Of a stretch of DNA of 64,000 nt, positions 1-14,332 are shown piece after piece. The notes under the pieces were generated by a model, which ran no database searches, had not been told where the DNA came from, and saw only the letters and a program-made list of their open reading frames with translations. The stretch comes from Eledone cirrhosa (Eukaryota): the NCBI GenBank assembly GCA_964016885.1, contig OZ024751.1, forward strand, positions 34,782,001-34,846,000. Direction: 5' to 3'. A program made the position numbers and the translations under genes. How positions within the stretch are numbered: the stretch's first letter is position 1; every line of letters begins with the position of its first letter.

Positions 1-118
1 GACTGGTACTCTTTTATGGACCTCGAAAGGATGAAAAGCGAAGTTGACTTCAGCATGATTTGAACGAATACCACAAAACACTATCCGACGTTCTAACGAC
101 TCTGCTAATTCGCTGCCT
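1..118 (-). mobile_element. tRNA-derived SINE fragment (family S1), diverged
   Basis: Reverse complement matches the copies at 44781-44972 and 61492-61685 (ctggtact...gaaaggatgaaa..aagttgac...gatttgaac...ctctgctaattcgctgcc). Confidence 0.7.
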
Positions 119-1134
119 TACTTCCAAGTGGTTGTGAAGCGAATCTATTCACCATACAGCTATAACTGCGTTTATTAAATCTCGTTTAATGGATGGTGGT
201 GGTTGCCATTTATAGAGATGTCTTGACTAAAATATTTGGAAGACGATGTTCTTTGTTACACATATGACAACTTTTCAAAGCGTTTAACAGTGTAATAATA
301 AAGGCAGATTCGATCCAATAATTCATCTCTGTACATGTATTACCATCTCTTCAAACACCACAGCTCTTCTGCTCTATAGTGAATCAATTATAATGTTACA
401 TTAAGAATGATTTATCGATCTATTCACTTCATACTCGTCTGTGTCTTTCTCCCTTTCATGCCATAGCTTCCAGCTATCAGAAGATTCTCCGATCGTTTCG
501 AGGGGTCCTAGGTTAAAAGCACTCTATTCTCCATAATGGACGGAATTTTTCTGTAATCCTCCCAGCTATAATTATGTTTCATGTGTTCAAATAGATACTG
601 CTTGCAACTCTGAACTTTATCATTGAATCTGGAAACTTACTGATCCGAGAGATCTTAGGCTTTGTCAGCTAGAAATAGATTTAAAAGGAATCAGTAGTGC
701 TGTTTTTAACTATGATACCCGTAGCATACACACACACACACCACACACACACACACGTATATGCCTGCACGCATACATACAAATGTGCACAGATACAGAC
801 ACACACACACACGCAGACACACACACAGACACACACACTCAGACAGACACGCGCATAGATATATTTCAATTGTGAGTATAACAGAGATATCAAGTATATG
901 AAGAATTCAAAATTAATTAATTACTTGTGGAATAATTAGAAACTCAAATAATATATTAATTAATTAGATAATTGATTAATAGAATATAGGTCCCACCGCC
1001 ACTAATCAATCAGGCATTTGAACTACTTCGACTGAAAACCTTTACTCGGAGGCTGATCTGATTGGTACCCTTTTCGATTTCCTTGTGGTTAAAAGACAGA
1101 GAGTACTAAAATACCCACTTGAGAGGACTCCAGT

Positions 1135-1304
1135 CAAAGGCAGGGTTAACTCCCAGCTACTTCTGGTTCTCATTTTAAGCTGTATATACGAGAGCAACTT
1201 GAAATGAAGGGTTTTGTTAGACAAAACATTCTTCCCAGTTCAGGAATTGAACCCATGACATTATGTTCGTAAGTACAACACCCTAACCATTAGTCTACGT
1301 GTCT
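1135..1304 (-). mobile_element. tRNA-derived SINE (family S2), diverged
   Basis: Similar to 44500-44645 (ctcatttt.agctg...gagcaac.tgaaat.aag...aattgaac.ca...ctaacca.tag). The minus strand gives A-box/B-box-like motifs. Confidence 0.55.
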
Positions 1305-1437
1305 ATATATTATTCAATAGGTGCGTTTAATAGTACGATGAAAATAATCGTCTACCATTTAGGTTCCATTGTCGTCGTCAATGAAAGATGAAAATATAGA
1401 TTAGGAGAGAGTGGGTGGGAGATAAAAAGAGACAGAG

Positions 1438-4400
1438 CGGGAGTGTGGTGTTCTTGGACGGGAGTGTAGTGCTCTTGGACGGGAGTGTAGTGTTCTTGGG
1501 CGGGAGTGTGGTGTTCTTGAACGGGAGTGTGGTGTTCTTGGACGGGAGTGTGGTGTTCTTGAACGGGAGTGTAGTGCTCTTGGACGGGAGTGTAGTGCTC
1601 TTGAACGGGAGTGTGGTGCTCTTGGACGGGAGTGTGGTGTTCTTGAACGGGAGTGTAGTGTTCTTGGGCGGGAGTGTAGTGTTCTTGGGCGGGAGTGTGG
1701 TGTTCTTGAACGGGAGTGTGGTGTTCTTGGACGGGAGTGTGGTGTTCTTGGACGGGAGTGTGGTGTTCTTGGACGGGAGTGTAGTGCTCTTGGACGGGAG
1801 TGTGGTGTTCTTGGACGGGAGTGTGGTGTTCTTGGACGGGAGTGTGGTGTTCTTGGACGGGAGTGTGGTGTTCTTGGACGGGAGTGTAGTGCTCTTGGAC
1901 GGGAGTGTAGTGCTCTTGGACGGGAGTGTAGTGCTCTTGGACGGGAGTGTAGTGCTCTTGAACGGGAGAGTGGTGCTCTTGGACGGGAGAGTGGTGCTCT
2001 TGGACGGGAGTGTGGTGTTCTTGGACGGGAGTGTGGTGTTCTTGGACGGGAGTGTAGTGCTCTTGGACGGGAGTGTAGTGCTCTTGGACGGGAGTGTGGT
2101 GTTCTTGGACGGGAGTGTGGTGTTCTTGGACGGGAGTGTAGTGCTCTTGGACGGGAGTGTAGTGCTCTTGGACGGGAGTGTAGTGCTCTTGGACGGGAGT
2201 GTAGTGCTCTTGGACGGGAGTGTGGTGTTCTTGAACGGGAGTGTGGTGTTCTTGAACGGGAGTGTGGTGTTCTTGGGCGGGAGTGTAGTGCTCTTGGGCG
2301 GGAGTGTGGTGTTCTTGGACGGGAGTGTAGTGTTCTTGGGCGGGAGTGTGGTGTTCTTGGACGGGAGTGTAGTGCTCTTGGGCGGGAGTGTGGTGTTCTT
2401 GGACGGGAGTGTAGTGCTCTTGGGCGGGAGTGTGGTGTTCTTGGGCGGGAGTGTGGTGTTCTTGAACGGGAGTGTGGTGTTCTTGAACGGGAGTGTGGTG
2501 TTCTTGGGCGGGAGTGTAGTGCTCTTGGACGGGAGTGTAGTGCTCTTGGACGGGAGTGTAGTGCTCTTGGACGGGAGTGTGGTGTTCTTGGACGGGAGTG
2601 TAGTGTTCTTGAACGGGAGTGTGGTGTTCTTGAACGGGAGTGTGGTGTTCTTGGACGGGAGTGTAGTGCTCTTGGACGGGAGTGTGGTGTTCTTGAACGG
2701 GAGTGTGGTGTTCTTGGGCGGGAGTGTAGTGCTCTTGGACGGGAGTGTAGTGCTCTTGGACGGGAGTGTGGTGTTCTTGGACGGGAGTGTGGTGTTCTTG
2801 GACGGGAGTGTAGTGTTCTTGAACGGGAGTGTGGTGTTCTTGAACGGGAGTGTGGTGTTCTTGGGCGGGAGTGTAGTGCTCTTGGACGGGAGTGTGGTGT
2901 TCTTGGACGGGAGTGTGGTGTTCTTGGACGGGAGTGTAGTGTTCTTGAACGGGAGTGTGGTGTTCTTGGGCGGGAGTGTGGTGTTCTTGGACGGGAGTGT
3001 AGTGCTCTTGGACGGGAGTGTAGTGTTCTTGGACGGGAGTGTAGTGTTCTTGGGCGGGAGTGTGGTGTTCTTGGACGGGAGTGTAGTGCTCTTGGACGGG
3101 AGTGTAGTGCTCTTGGACGGGAGTGTGGTGTTCTTGGACGGGAGTGTAGTGTTCTTGAACGGGAGTGTGGTGTTCTTGGGCGGGAGTGTGGTGTTCTTGG
3201 ACGGGAGTGTAGTGCTCTTGGACGGGAGTGTAGTGCTCTTGGACGGGAGTGTAGTGTTCTTGGACGGGAGTGTGGTGTTCTTGAACGGGAGTGTGGTGTT
3301 CTTGGGCGGGAGTGTAGTGCTCTTGGGCGGGAGTGTGGTGTTCTTGGACGGGAGTGTAGTGTTCTTGAACGGGAGTGTGGTGTTCTTGGGCGGGAGTGTG
3401 GTGTTCTTGGACGGGAGTGTAGTGTTCTTGGACGGGAGTGTGGTGCTCTTGGACGGGAGTGTGGTGTTCTTGGACGGGAGTGTAGTGTTCTTGAACGGGA
3501 GTGTGGTGTTCTTGGGCGGGAGTGTGGTGTTCTTGGACGGGAGTGTAGTGTTCTTGGACGGGAGTGTGGTGCTCTTGGACGGGAGTGTAGTGTTCTTGGA
3601 CGGGAGTGTAGTGTTCTTGGACGGGAGTGTAGTGTTCTTGGACGGGAGTGTGGTGTTCTTGGGCGGGAGTGTGGTGCTCTTGGACGGGAGTGTAGTGTTC
3701 TTGGACGGGAGTGTGGTGCTCTTGGACGGGAGTGTAGTGTTCTTGGACGGGAGTGTGGTGTTCTTGGGCGGGAGTGTAGTGCTCTTGGGCGGGAGTGTGG
3801 TGTTCTTGAACGGGAGTGTGGTGTTCTTGAACGGGAGTGTGGTGTTCTTGGGCGGGAGTGTAGTGCTCTTGGACGGGAGTGTAGTGTTCTTGGACGGGAG
3901 TGTGGTGCTCTTGGACGGGAGTGTAGTGTTCTTGGACGGGAGTGTGGTGCTCTTGGACGGGAGTGTAGTGTTCTTGGACGGGAGTGTGGTGTTCTTGAAC
4001 GGGAGTGTGGTGTTCTTGGACGGGAGTGTAGTGCTCTTGGACGGGAGTGTGGTGTTCTTGAACGGGAGTGTGGTGTTCTTGAACGGGAGTGTGGTGTTCT
4101 TGAACGGGAGTGTGGTGTTCTTGAACGGGAGTGTGGTGTTCTTGGGCGGGAGTGTAGTGCTCTTGGACGGGAGTGTAGTGTTCTTGGACGGGAGTGTGGT
4201 GCTCTTGGACGGGAGTGTAGTGTTCTTGGACGGGAGTGTGGTGTTCTTGGACGGGAGTGTAGTGTTCTTGGACGGGAGTGTGGTGCTCTTGGGCGGGAGT
4301 GTGGTGCTCTTGGACGGGAGAGTGGTGCTCTTGAACGGGAGTGTAGTGTTCTTGGACGGGAGTGTGGTGCTCTTGGACGGGAGTGTAGTGTTCTTGAACG

Positions 4401-7400
4401 GGAGTGTGGTGTTCTTGAACGGGAGTGTGGTGTTCTTGGGCGGGAGTGTAGTGCTCTTGGACGGGAGTGTAGTGCTCTTGGACGGGAGTGTGGTGCTCTT
4501 GGACGGGAGTGTGGTGCTCTTGGGCGGGAGTGTGGTGCTCTTGGACGGGAGAGTGGTGCTCTTGAACGGGAGTGTAGTGTTCTTGGACGGGAGTGTGGTG
4601 TTCTTGGACGGGAGTGTAGTGCTCTTGGGCGGGAGTGTGGTGTTCTTGGACGGGAGTGTAGTGTTCTTGGACGGGAGTGTGGTGTTCTTGGACGGGAGTG
4701 TAGTGCTCTTGGACGGGAGTGTGGTGTTCTTGGACGGGAGTGTAGTGCTCTTGGACGGGAGTGTGGTGTTCTTGGACGGGAGTGTAGTGCTCTTGGACGG
4801 GAGTGTGGTGTTCTTGGACGGGAGTGTAGTGCTCTTGGACGGGAGTGTGGTGTTCTTGGACGGGAGTGTAGTGCTCTTGGACGGGAGTGTGGTGTTCTTG
4901 GACGGGAGTGTAGTGCTCTTGGACGGGAGTGTGGTGTTCTTGGACGGGAGTGTAGTGCTCTTGGACGGGAGTGTGGTGTTCTTGGGCGGGAGTGTAGTGC
5001 TCTTGGACGGGAGTGTGGTGTTCTTGGACGGGAGTGTAGTGCTCTTGGGCGGGAGTGTGGTGTTCTTGGACGGGAGTGTAGTGCTCTTGGGCGGGAGTGT
5101 GGTGTTCTTGGACGGGAGTGTGGTGTTCTTGGACGGGAGTGTAGTGCTCTTGGACGGGAGTGTAGTGTTCTTGGACGGGAGTGTGGTGTTCTTGGACGGG
5201 AGTGTAGTGCTCTTGGGCGGGAGTGTGGTGTTCTTGGACGGGAGTGTAGTGCTCTTGGGCGGGAGTGTAGTGCTCTTGGGCGGGAGTGTGGTGTTCTTGG
5301 ACGGGAGTGTAGTGCTCTTGGACGGGAGTGTAGTGCTCTTGGGCGGGAGTGTAGTGCTCTTGGACGGGAGTGTGGTGTTCTTGGACGGGAGTGTAGTGCT
5401 CTTGGACGGGAGTGTAGTGCTCTTGGGCGGGAGTGTAGTGCTCTTGGGCGGGAGTGTGGTGTTCTTGGACGGGAGTGTAGTGTTCTTGGGCGGGAGTGTG
5501 GTGTTCTTGGACGGGAGTGTAGTGTTCTTGGACGGGAGTGTAGTGCTCTTGGACGGGAGTGTGGTGTTCTTGGACGGGAGTGTAGTGCTCTTGGGCGGGA
5601 GTGTGGTGTTCTTGGACGGGAGTGTAGTGTTCTTGGACGGGAGTGTAGTGCTCTTGGACGGGAGTGTGGTGTTCTTGGACGGGAGTGTAGTGCTCTTGGA
5701 CGGGAGTGTGGTGTTCTTGGACGGGAGTGTAGTGTTCTTGGACGGGAGTGTAGTGCTCTTGGACGGGAGTGTGGTGTTCTTGGACGGGAGTGTAGTGCTC
5801 TTGGGCGGGAGTGTGGTGTTCTTGGACGGGAGTGTAGTGTTCTTGGACGGGAGTGTAGTGCTCTTGGACGGGAGTGTGGTGTTCTTGGACGGGAGTGTGG
5901 TGTTCTTGGACGGGAGTGTGGTGTTCTTGGACGGGAGTGTGGTGTTCTTGGACGGGAGTGTAGTGCTCTTGGACGGGAGTGTGGTGTTCTTGGACGGGAG
6001 TGTAGTGCTCTTGGGCGGGAGTGTGGTGTTCTTGGACGGGAGTGTAGTGTTCTTGGGCGGGAGTGTGGTGTTCTTGGACGGGAGTGTAGTGCTCTTGGGC
6101 GGGAGTGTGGTGTTCTTGGACGGGAGTGTAGTGCTCTTGGACGGGAGTGTGGTGTTCTTGGACGGGAGTGTAGTGCTCTTGGACGGGAGTGTGGTGTTCT
6201 TGGACGGGAGTGTAGTGTTCTTGGACGGGAGTGTGGTGTTCTTGGACGGGAGTGTAGTGCTCTTGGACGGGAGTGTAGTGTTCTTGGGCGGGAGTGTAGT
6301 GCTCTTGAACGGGAGTGTGGTGTTCTTGGACGGGAGTGTAGTGCTCTTGGATGGGAGTGTGGTGCTCTTGGACGGGAGTGTGGTGCTCTTGGACGGGAGT
6401 GTGGTGCTCTTGGATGGGAGTGTGGTGCTCTTGGACGGGAGTGTGGTGCTCTTGGACGGGAGTGTGGTGCTCTTGGACGGGAGTGTGGTGTTCTTGGACG
6501 GGAGTGTGGTGCTCTTGGGCGGGAGTGTGGTGTTCTTGAACGGGAGTGTGGTGCTCTTGGGCGGGAGTGTGGTGCTCTTGGATGGGAGTGTGGTGCTCTT
6601 GGACGGGAGTGTGGTGTTCTTGGGCGGGAGTGTGGTGTTCTTGAACGGGAGTGTAGTGCTCTTGGATGGGAGTGTGGTGCTCTTGGATGGGAGTGTGGTG
6701 CTCTTGGACGGGAGTGTGGTGTTCTTGGGCGGGAGTGTGGTGTTCTTGAACGGGAGTGTGGTGTTCTTGGACGGGAGTGTGGTGCTCTTGGGCGGGAGTG
6801 TAGTGCTCTTGGACGGGAGTGTAGTGTTCTTGGACGGGAGTGTAGTGCTCTTGAATGGGAGTGTGGTGCTCTTGGACGGGAGTGTAGTGTTCTTGGACGG
6901 GAGTGTAGTGCTCTTGAACGGGAGTGTGGTGTTCTTGGACGGGAGTGTGGTGCTCTTGGGCGGGAGTGTGGTGCCCTTGGACGGGAGTGTGGTTCTCTTG
7001 GACGGGAGTGTGGTGCTCTTGGACGGGAGTGTAGTGTTCTTGGACGGGAGTGTAGTGTTCTTGGACGGGAGTGTAGTGCTCTTGGACGGGAGTGTAGTGC
7101 TCTTGGACGGGAGTGTGGTGCTCTTGGGCGGGAGTGTAGTGCTCTTGGACGGGAGTGTGGTGTTCTTGGACGGGAGTGTAGTGTTCTTGGACGGGAGTGT
7201 AGTGCTCTTGGACGGGAGTGTGGTTCTCTTGGACGGGAGTGTGGTGCTCTTGGACGGGAGTGTAGTGCTCTTGGACGGGAGTGTGGTGTTCTTGGACGGG
7301 AGTGTGGTGTTCTTGGGCGGGAGTGTGGTGCTCTTGGACGGGAGTGTAGTGCTCTTGGACGGGAGTGTGGTGTTCTTGGACGGGAGTGTGGTGCTCTTGG

Positions 7401-7672
7401 ACGGGAGTGTAGTGCTCTTGGACCGGAATGTGGTGTTCTTGGACGGGAGTGTAGTGTTCTTGGACGGGAGTGTGGTGTTCTTGGACGGGAGTGTGGTGCT
7501 CTTGGACGGGAGTGTAGTGCTCTTGGACGGGAGTGTGGTGTTCTTGGACGAGAGTGTGGTGTTCTTGGACGGGAGTGTAGTGTTCTTGAACGGGAGTGTG
7601 GTGTTCTTAGACGGGAGTGTGGTGTTCTTAGACGGGAGTGTGGTGTTCTTCGATAGGAGTGTGGTGTTCTTG
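1438..7672. repeat. 21-bp minisatellite, about 297 copies, consensus CGGGAGTGTRGTGYTCTTGRR
   Basis: Directly visible tandem unit. Three reading frames stay open for >2000 codons because the unit is 7 codons long and has no frameshifting indels. Confidence 0.98.
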
Positions 7673-8823
7673 TGAGATTGAAAAAACAAAGGATGGAAGG
7701 TATATCTGACGTCGGTAGCATTTAAACTCAATTTGTGATTTTCTAGGTGTCAAACAGAAACTGAAAGAAATGCTAACTAGGGCTGAGTTTGGGAAGTCGA
7801 TGGTTAAGATGAGATAGGTCACACCCTCCAACATAACAAATTGAAAAGTGGTAAAGTTTGGGAGTTCGAAAGTTGAGATGAGACAATATCCTCTCGCATA
7901 ACAAATTGGAAAGATTACCATCATTTCTGTCATTTTTACATTCACGTCTGTTGATCTGTTTACTTTCAGAGCTGACTGAATAAGAAATACATCATCGACA
8001 ATGATAACAACAACTAAACCGGAAATTAGTTGGAAAAAAAAAACGAAACAAGAAGGACAAACAAAGAAATTAGATTTTCACTGAGAAGTTTACTGAAAGC
8101 TGGTCTGCATTTAACAGAAAATTTAGACGCAGGTTGACCTAAATGAGGAAGCCTTTCTTTCTTTCTGTTTTTGTTTGTAAATATCTAGTTGGTGCAAATA
8201 TGGAATGGAACTCTGTTGATTTCGGCGAAGAATGGTTGAACCAGACTGCGTTTTGTGTTCTTCAGCAAGCCGTTTCCAAATACGTTTCATTCCATATAGT
8301 ACTAGGTGTTCTCGTGTTCTATTATTAACACACGCGAGATATCTCCCATACGGTATAACTACATAGGAAACCACATAAAACAGCTTAGCTCTAAGTTGTA
8401 GATGCAACGTAGTGGGATTCAACCAAGATTGCAAAACAGAACTTTCTAACTATTCAGCCATACTGTGTCTATTTGCTGCAAACAAAATTACTTGATAAAC
8501 ACTTTTTTTTCCTCTTCTGACTTACTCCTATACCTATTATAGACTTTGAACGTGCGCATTGCTAGTATCATTTAATTTAACAACTCTAGTTTGGGTTCTT
8601 AGAAAAACAAACCAAAACTAGATGAAAATTACAAGAAATAAATATATATAATGTCTCTCCTATCCAAATTGTTCGGCAGAAATCTTCAATGGAAAACGAT
8701 GGAATTAGCTTTTCTCCACTCATGGTTTGCTTTGTTCTCTTATACAATCATAGCTTTTTATGAGTGCGTGTATGTATTTATATGTGTGTAAGTCTGTATG
8801 TATTCATACACAGTTACACATAC

Positions 8824-8825
<2 letters not shown>

Positions 8826-8885
<60 letters not shown>
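8826..8885. repeat. (TA)n microsatellite
   Basis: Direct. Confidence 0.95.
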
Positions 8886-8890
<5 letters not shown>

Positions 8891-8942
8891 TACATACACA
8901 CACACACACACATATATATACACACTCTCACACAGACGCGCG

Positions 8943-8975
<33 letters not shown>

Positions 8976-9718
8976 GCAAGAGCGTGCATGCACACAAAGA
9001 CTCACTCGTGTGGCGTTTTTATTAAATTCGTTTTTGCCTCATTTATCACCATCTGCGTCTGATTAAAGATGGTACACAAACACACACATACACACTGACA
9101 CACAAACACACACATGTACAGACGTACACACACACACGCTCTTTTTTAGTCTCTTTACCTCACTTCTTACCTTCTCTCTCTCACTCTCACATTCTGCTCC
9201 TCACTCTCACACAATTCATCTACATCACTCTCACTCACTCTCTCTCTGTCTCTCAGTAGATTTCACTACATTTCTTATTACATACTGGCACACACTGACA
9301 CACGCACGCACACTGACATACACACACACTGACACATACACACACACACAATGACATACACACACTCAAGTTATCCACTCTCTATTTCTCTTCTTATTTT
9401 CATATAAACATTCTTCTAATTATTCTTACTCTCTCTTTTGCTTGTATCACCCTTTATCCCCCTCCCTTAACCCACTTAACCCTCTCTCTCTCTCTCTCTC
9501 TCTCTCCATTCACTATCTTCTGTTATTTGTTTCAGAAGTATGGACCAACGTCATTCAATGGCAGACATATTTTTTCAGTACTTTTTTACAAATTCTCTCC
9601 ATAATTACTTCTACCTGTGACGTTCTTTGTTGGATATTTTACTGTTTTCTTTTCCTTATGTTTTAGTTGTTGTTTCATTTATCTGTTGGTCAACTTATAC
9701 AATTCCGTGAAATCTTAC

Positions 9719-9751
<33 letters not shown>

Positions 9752-9930
9752 TATAATAAGGAAAATACAAGGTTTGGTTTAGATGTTTAAAAACCCTATA
9801 TTAATGAAGCTGTGATACATATTTCAATGGTGATTGAAGCAACGCGATGGTTCAATCGCGCAATCACTTACGCGATATCACCAGAGAGCATCCTATGTAA
9901 TAAAATTAAGTTTCCACAAAACTGCATGAC

Positions 9931-9993
<63 letters not shown>

Positions 9994-10192
9994 CATATAT
10001 TAATTTAATGGAGTAATCATATATTATTGTTTTTCAGATACTATGTTCATTTTTATGGAATACAATATAACGTATATCTGAATGACACCAATGTACCAAT
10101 ATATTGTTAGAGTACATCATTCCCTCCTCAGTCCAGTTCACCTGTAATCTACCTGGTAATTGGAACGCCAGAAACTGACAGCACACTACGTT

Positions 10193-10223
<31 letters not shown>

Positions 10224-10573
10224 CGCTATATGTAACCAGCTATCCTATCTTCTCTCCAGATATTCCACAGCTCCAGCCTTCATAGTTACACAACATATAT
10301 TAAAATCCTCCATCATGCAGAGTTTCTTCTATCAACGTCATGTAGCCTCAATGTCTGGAACCTGTCCTAAACATTCTATAATCTACTGTTTGTTTTTTCC
10401 TGTCACGCCTATATTTTCATGTATACTAATTAAGTGCTTTTATTCTTAGGAACGTTAAGTTAACGGAATTTACTGGCGAGTTAAAATGGTGTTAGCTACT
10501 GCTTATAATGATTAATGGTTCTTCCCATGGTACGATAATTATTGCTAAGACATTTCTCTCTCTCTATATATAT

Positions 10574-10660
<87 letters not shown>

Positions 10661-10739
10661 CCCTTTCTCTCTCCCTCTCATGTTTTCAGACTTTCATTCT
10701 GTGTATGCTTCTCTCTCTTCTTTATATATATATATATAT

Positions 10740-10781
<42 letters not shown>

Positions 10782-11008
10782 TATAAATGAATGTATTATA
10801 TTATATATGTATGTATATATATATCTGTCTTTCTCGCAGTTTAGCTAACGTCTGCTTTGAACGAATAAACGTCTGTTGGTAATTACGTGACTCCACTATT
10901 TCTGATTTAGTGTACTGTCGAAAGATATTATTAATGCTAGTATATAACCCATCATGTGTAATATTTGGTCTCTTCTTCACTAAACTCATATATATGTGTG
11001 TGTGTGTG

Positions 11009-11071
<63 letters not shown>

Positions 11072-11272
11072 ATATATATATGAATGTATGTAGCAATATG
11101 TGTAGGTGTGAACAGGAACAATGAAACCAGTGCTGGAAGAGAACAGAAATATTGTAATATTTATTTATGTTCAAACACGGAACAAAAGAGTTACCCAAGG
11201 TTTCAAGGCCCAAATTTGACCATTCCTCCAGAATACAAGAGGCACCAAAATAGTGACTTTTCTTCAGACGCT

Positions 11273-11469
11273 AGTGTGTGTGTGTGTGAGTGTGAGTGTG
11301 TGCGGTGTGTGTGGTGTCTGTGGTGTGTGTGGTGTGTGCGTGTGTGTAGTATGTCTGTGTGTGTGTGTAGTGTCTGTGTGTGTATGTGTGTGTGAGTGTG
11401 TGTGGTGTTTGGTGTGTGTGTGGTGTGTGTGTGTGTGTGTGTGTGTAGTATGTCTGTGTGTGGTGTGTA
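11273..11469. repeat. Degenerate (GT)n microsatellite
   Basis: Direct. Confidence 0.9.
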
Positions 11470-11834
11470 ATTGGTTTGTAGTGAAAATTGTCATTAATAA
11501 CATGACGACAATCTCCTCCAGATTTACCCTCAATAATTATTATTATTAAATAAATAAATCATTATTATCTGTTTATTTGTGAATGTGGATAATCTGCATG
11601 GTTCCTTAAGCAAGTGTTCTGAATGTGAGAGAATTTAGGTGATATTTCTAGCATGTCAAGTCTAGTGTGAAGTCTGCTCACGTATATTTGAAGCTCTTAT
11701 CATTCCTATATATCTTGTTATTTCGTGTGTTTTGGATGTAATAATAGTTTTGGTAATATTTGAATAAGGATATTTCCATGCCAGTTTCATGGAAAACTTT
11801 TGAATGCGCATGCGTATTTCTGTCTCTCTCTCTC

Positions 11835-12019
<185 letters not shown>

Positions 12020-12694
12020 TTCTCAAAATTGCACATTATATGTGTGTGTGTATGTGTGTTTGTGTATGTAGGGGGTTCATGTGTATGTGTGTGTATAAAC
12101 AGTAGCAAGAAATCGTAAAAAAAACATTTTGTAGTTGTCCCTGCAGTGAATTGCCTCCCTTTCCAAATGGAGTCCACAGTTGATTGGCTCGTTAGGAAGT
12201 TAGAAGCCACCATTGTTAACGAAATATCAGCAAAAAGAAATAAAATAAAATTAGAAAGAACAAATATAAAATTGTATCTCTGGTGACCATCATTATGGTT
12301 TACATCTGTAGCCAGCAATGTCGTCTGCATTCATCCATTTTACTTAGAAATAGGAAAAATTAAACAAAACAAAAATAGAAAAAAATTAATTCCTGTGTAT
12401 TCTTACTCCGTGAGCAGAAAGTTTTATCATTAAATGAAATCTTTTCTTCATCGCAGTATATTTTGCTTTTTACTAAATTGATTCTTTGCAATGCAGACCA
12501 GCATTACTGCTATATTCCAAAGTTCAGTTCTATCTGCTTTATCAGAATACACTACATGACTTAAGTTGATCGTCTGCTCTCCAGCTTTAACTGTCGTCTG
12601 CAGTATCATACTTATTACACAGATTTTAGCAGCTCAGTTACATCTCGCTTTAAATATTACAGGAAAACATAATTTTGTGTGATGTGTTTGTGCG

Positions 12695-12758
<64 letters not shown>

Positions 12759-13100
12759 TGAGTGTGTGTATGTGTATATTTGTGTGTATATATGTGTATA
12801 TATATATAGGTATGTATGTATGTGTGTGCATGTTAGTATGTATGTATATAGGTAGGTAGGTTTATATGTATGTAGATATGTATACACTTGGTTAGTTCTT
12901 ATAATTCTTTTAATACTTGCTTGTTCAGATGTTAAAATTATTTACAAAACATCGCAACGTCTATTGTCACAACACAGTGGAGGTTCGGAGAATGAAGAAC
13001 TAAAAGAACAAAACATTAGGAAAAAAAACAAAAACAATTCTTCAAAACGAAGAGGAAAAACACAAAAATCAATAACACAACCTATTGTAAGAACCCCCCC

Positions 13101-13209
<109 letters not shown>

Positions 13210-13278
13210 TATATATACATACAGATACACACACACATACATGGAAATATATATGTGTATGGTCATATATATATATAT

Positions 13279-13354
<76 letters not shown>

Positions 13355-14332
13355 GGATAGATAGACAGATAGTTATTAAATATTTGAGAGAGTGAGAGAA
13401 TTCACAGTGTGTATTTGTCTGTGACTGTACGTATTATCATACATAATATCAAGACACACAAAAGCTGTCATAATATACTTCTAGTTCGCTTTCAATACCA
13501 ATAAAATATTAATATATCTGCTTCTTCAATTCTCTATTAATCAAAAGATATTATTAAATATTTTTGCAGTGCCTCCAGCCAGATTTACTGTGCTGATAAC
13601 GGTCTGAGCTCAAGCGAGAAAAGTTTTCCATTTTCTTCTATATGACAAAAGCGATTGAGACCATCGATACAGTGTGCAGTGAGGTATGGTGCTAACATTG
13701 TATGGAGAGCTATCATATGAGAAAGCACCAAGTCCTGTTCTGTCTAGCTTCAAGGGTGTTCACTCATAATGTTACACCTGCCACTTTCAGTTTTATTAGC
13801 AAACATTATCGCCCATTACAATGTGTTCAGTCGTTTGTCTTCAAATAACGAAAAACTCAACCGAATAGTCATTCCGTCTGTGATGAATGTTTTCCGCCAT
13901 TTATATATTAAATAGATTCAATAATTTTCTTATACATAAATGTATACATACATAGATACATACATACATACATACATACGTAAATATACTGGCACTCACA
14001 CGCACACCTATGTAAATATATATATATATATATATATATTTACATATATATATACATATATATATATGTGTGTGTGTGTATTTCTGTCTGTCTGTGTATA
14101 AATATAATTGTGTATGTATATATATATATACATATATATATATGATGCGATAGTGTATCTCAGGTAAACTGCTTTACTGTACAAGATAGTGTGTAGATGT
14201 TGTCAAGTGTTCTGTATTCTAAGCAACAATCACCTCAGCAAACAACAAAATTACAAAATTACAAAACTAGAAAACAATTCAATTCACAGATAAACACAAC
14301 AGAAAATAGGCTACTAGAGGATTTGCTGTTAG

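Noticed and set aside
1378-7731. Three >2000-aa ORFs called as genes
   Set aside because: Open frames on both strands follow from a stop-free 21-bp unit. There is no unique domain, signal peptide or convincing start or splice context.
11185-11270. Hammerhead-like GAAACC and CUGAAGA/CUGGAGGA on minus
   Set aside because: No stem I pairing and irregular core spacing.
13561-13690. Possible exon (tttttgcag...GAG|gtatgg) with FFYMTKAIETIDTV, faintly elongase-like
   Set aside because: All three frames contain stops within the putative exon, and the similarity is too short.
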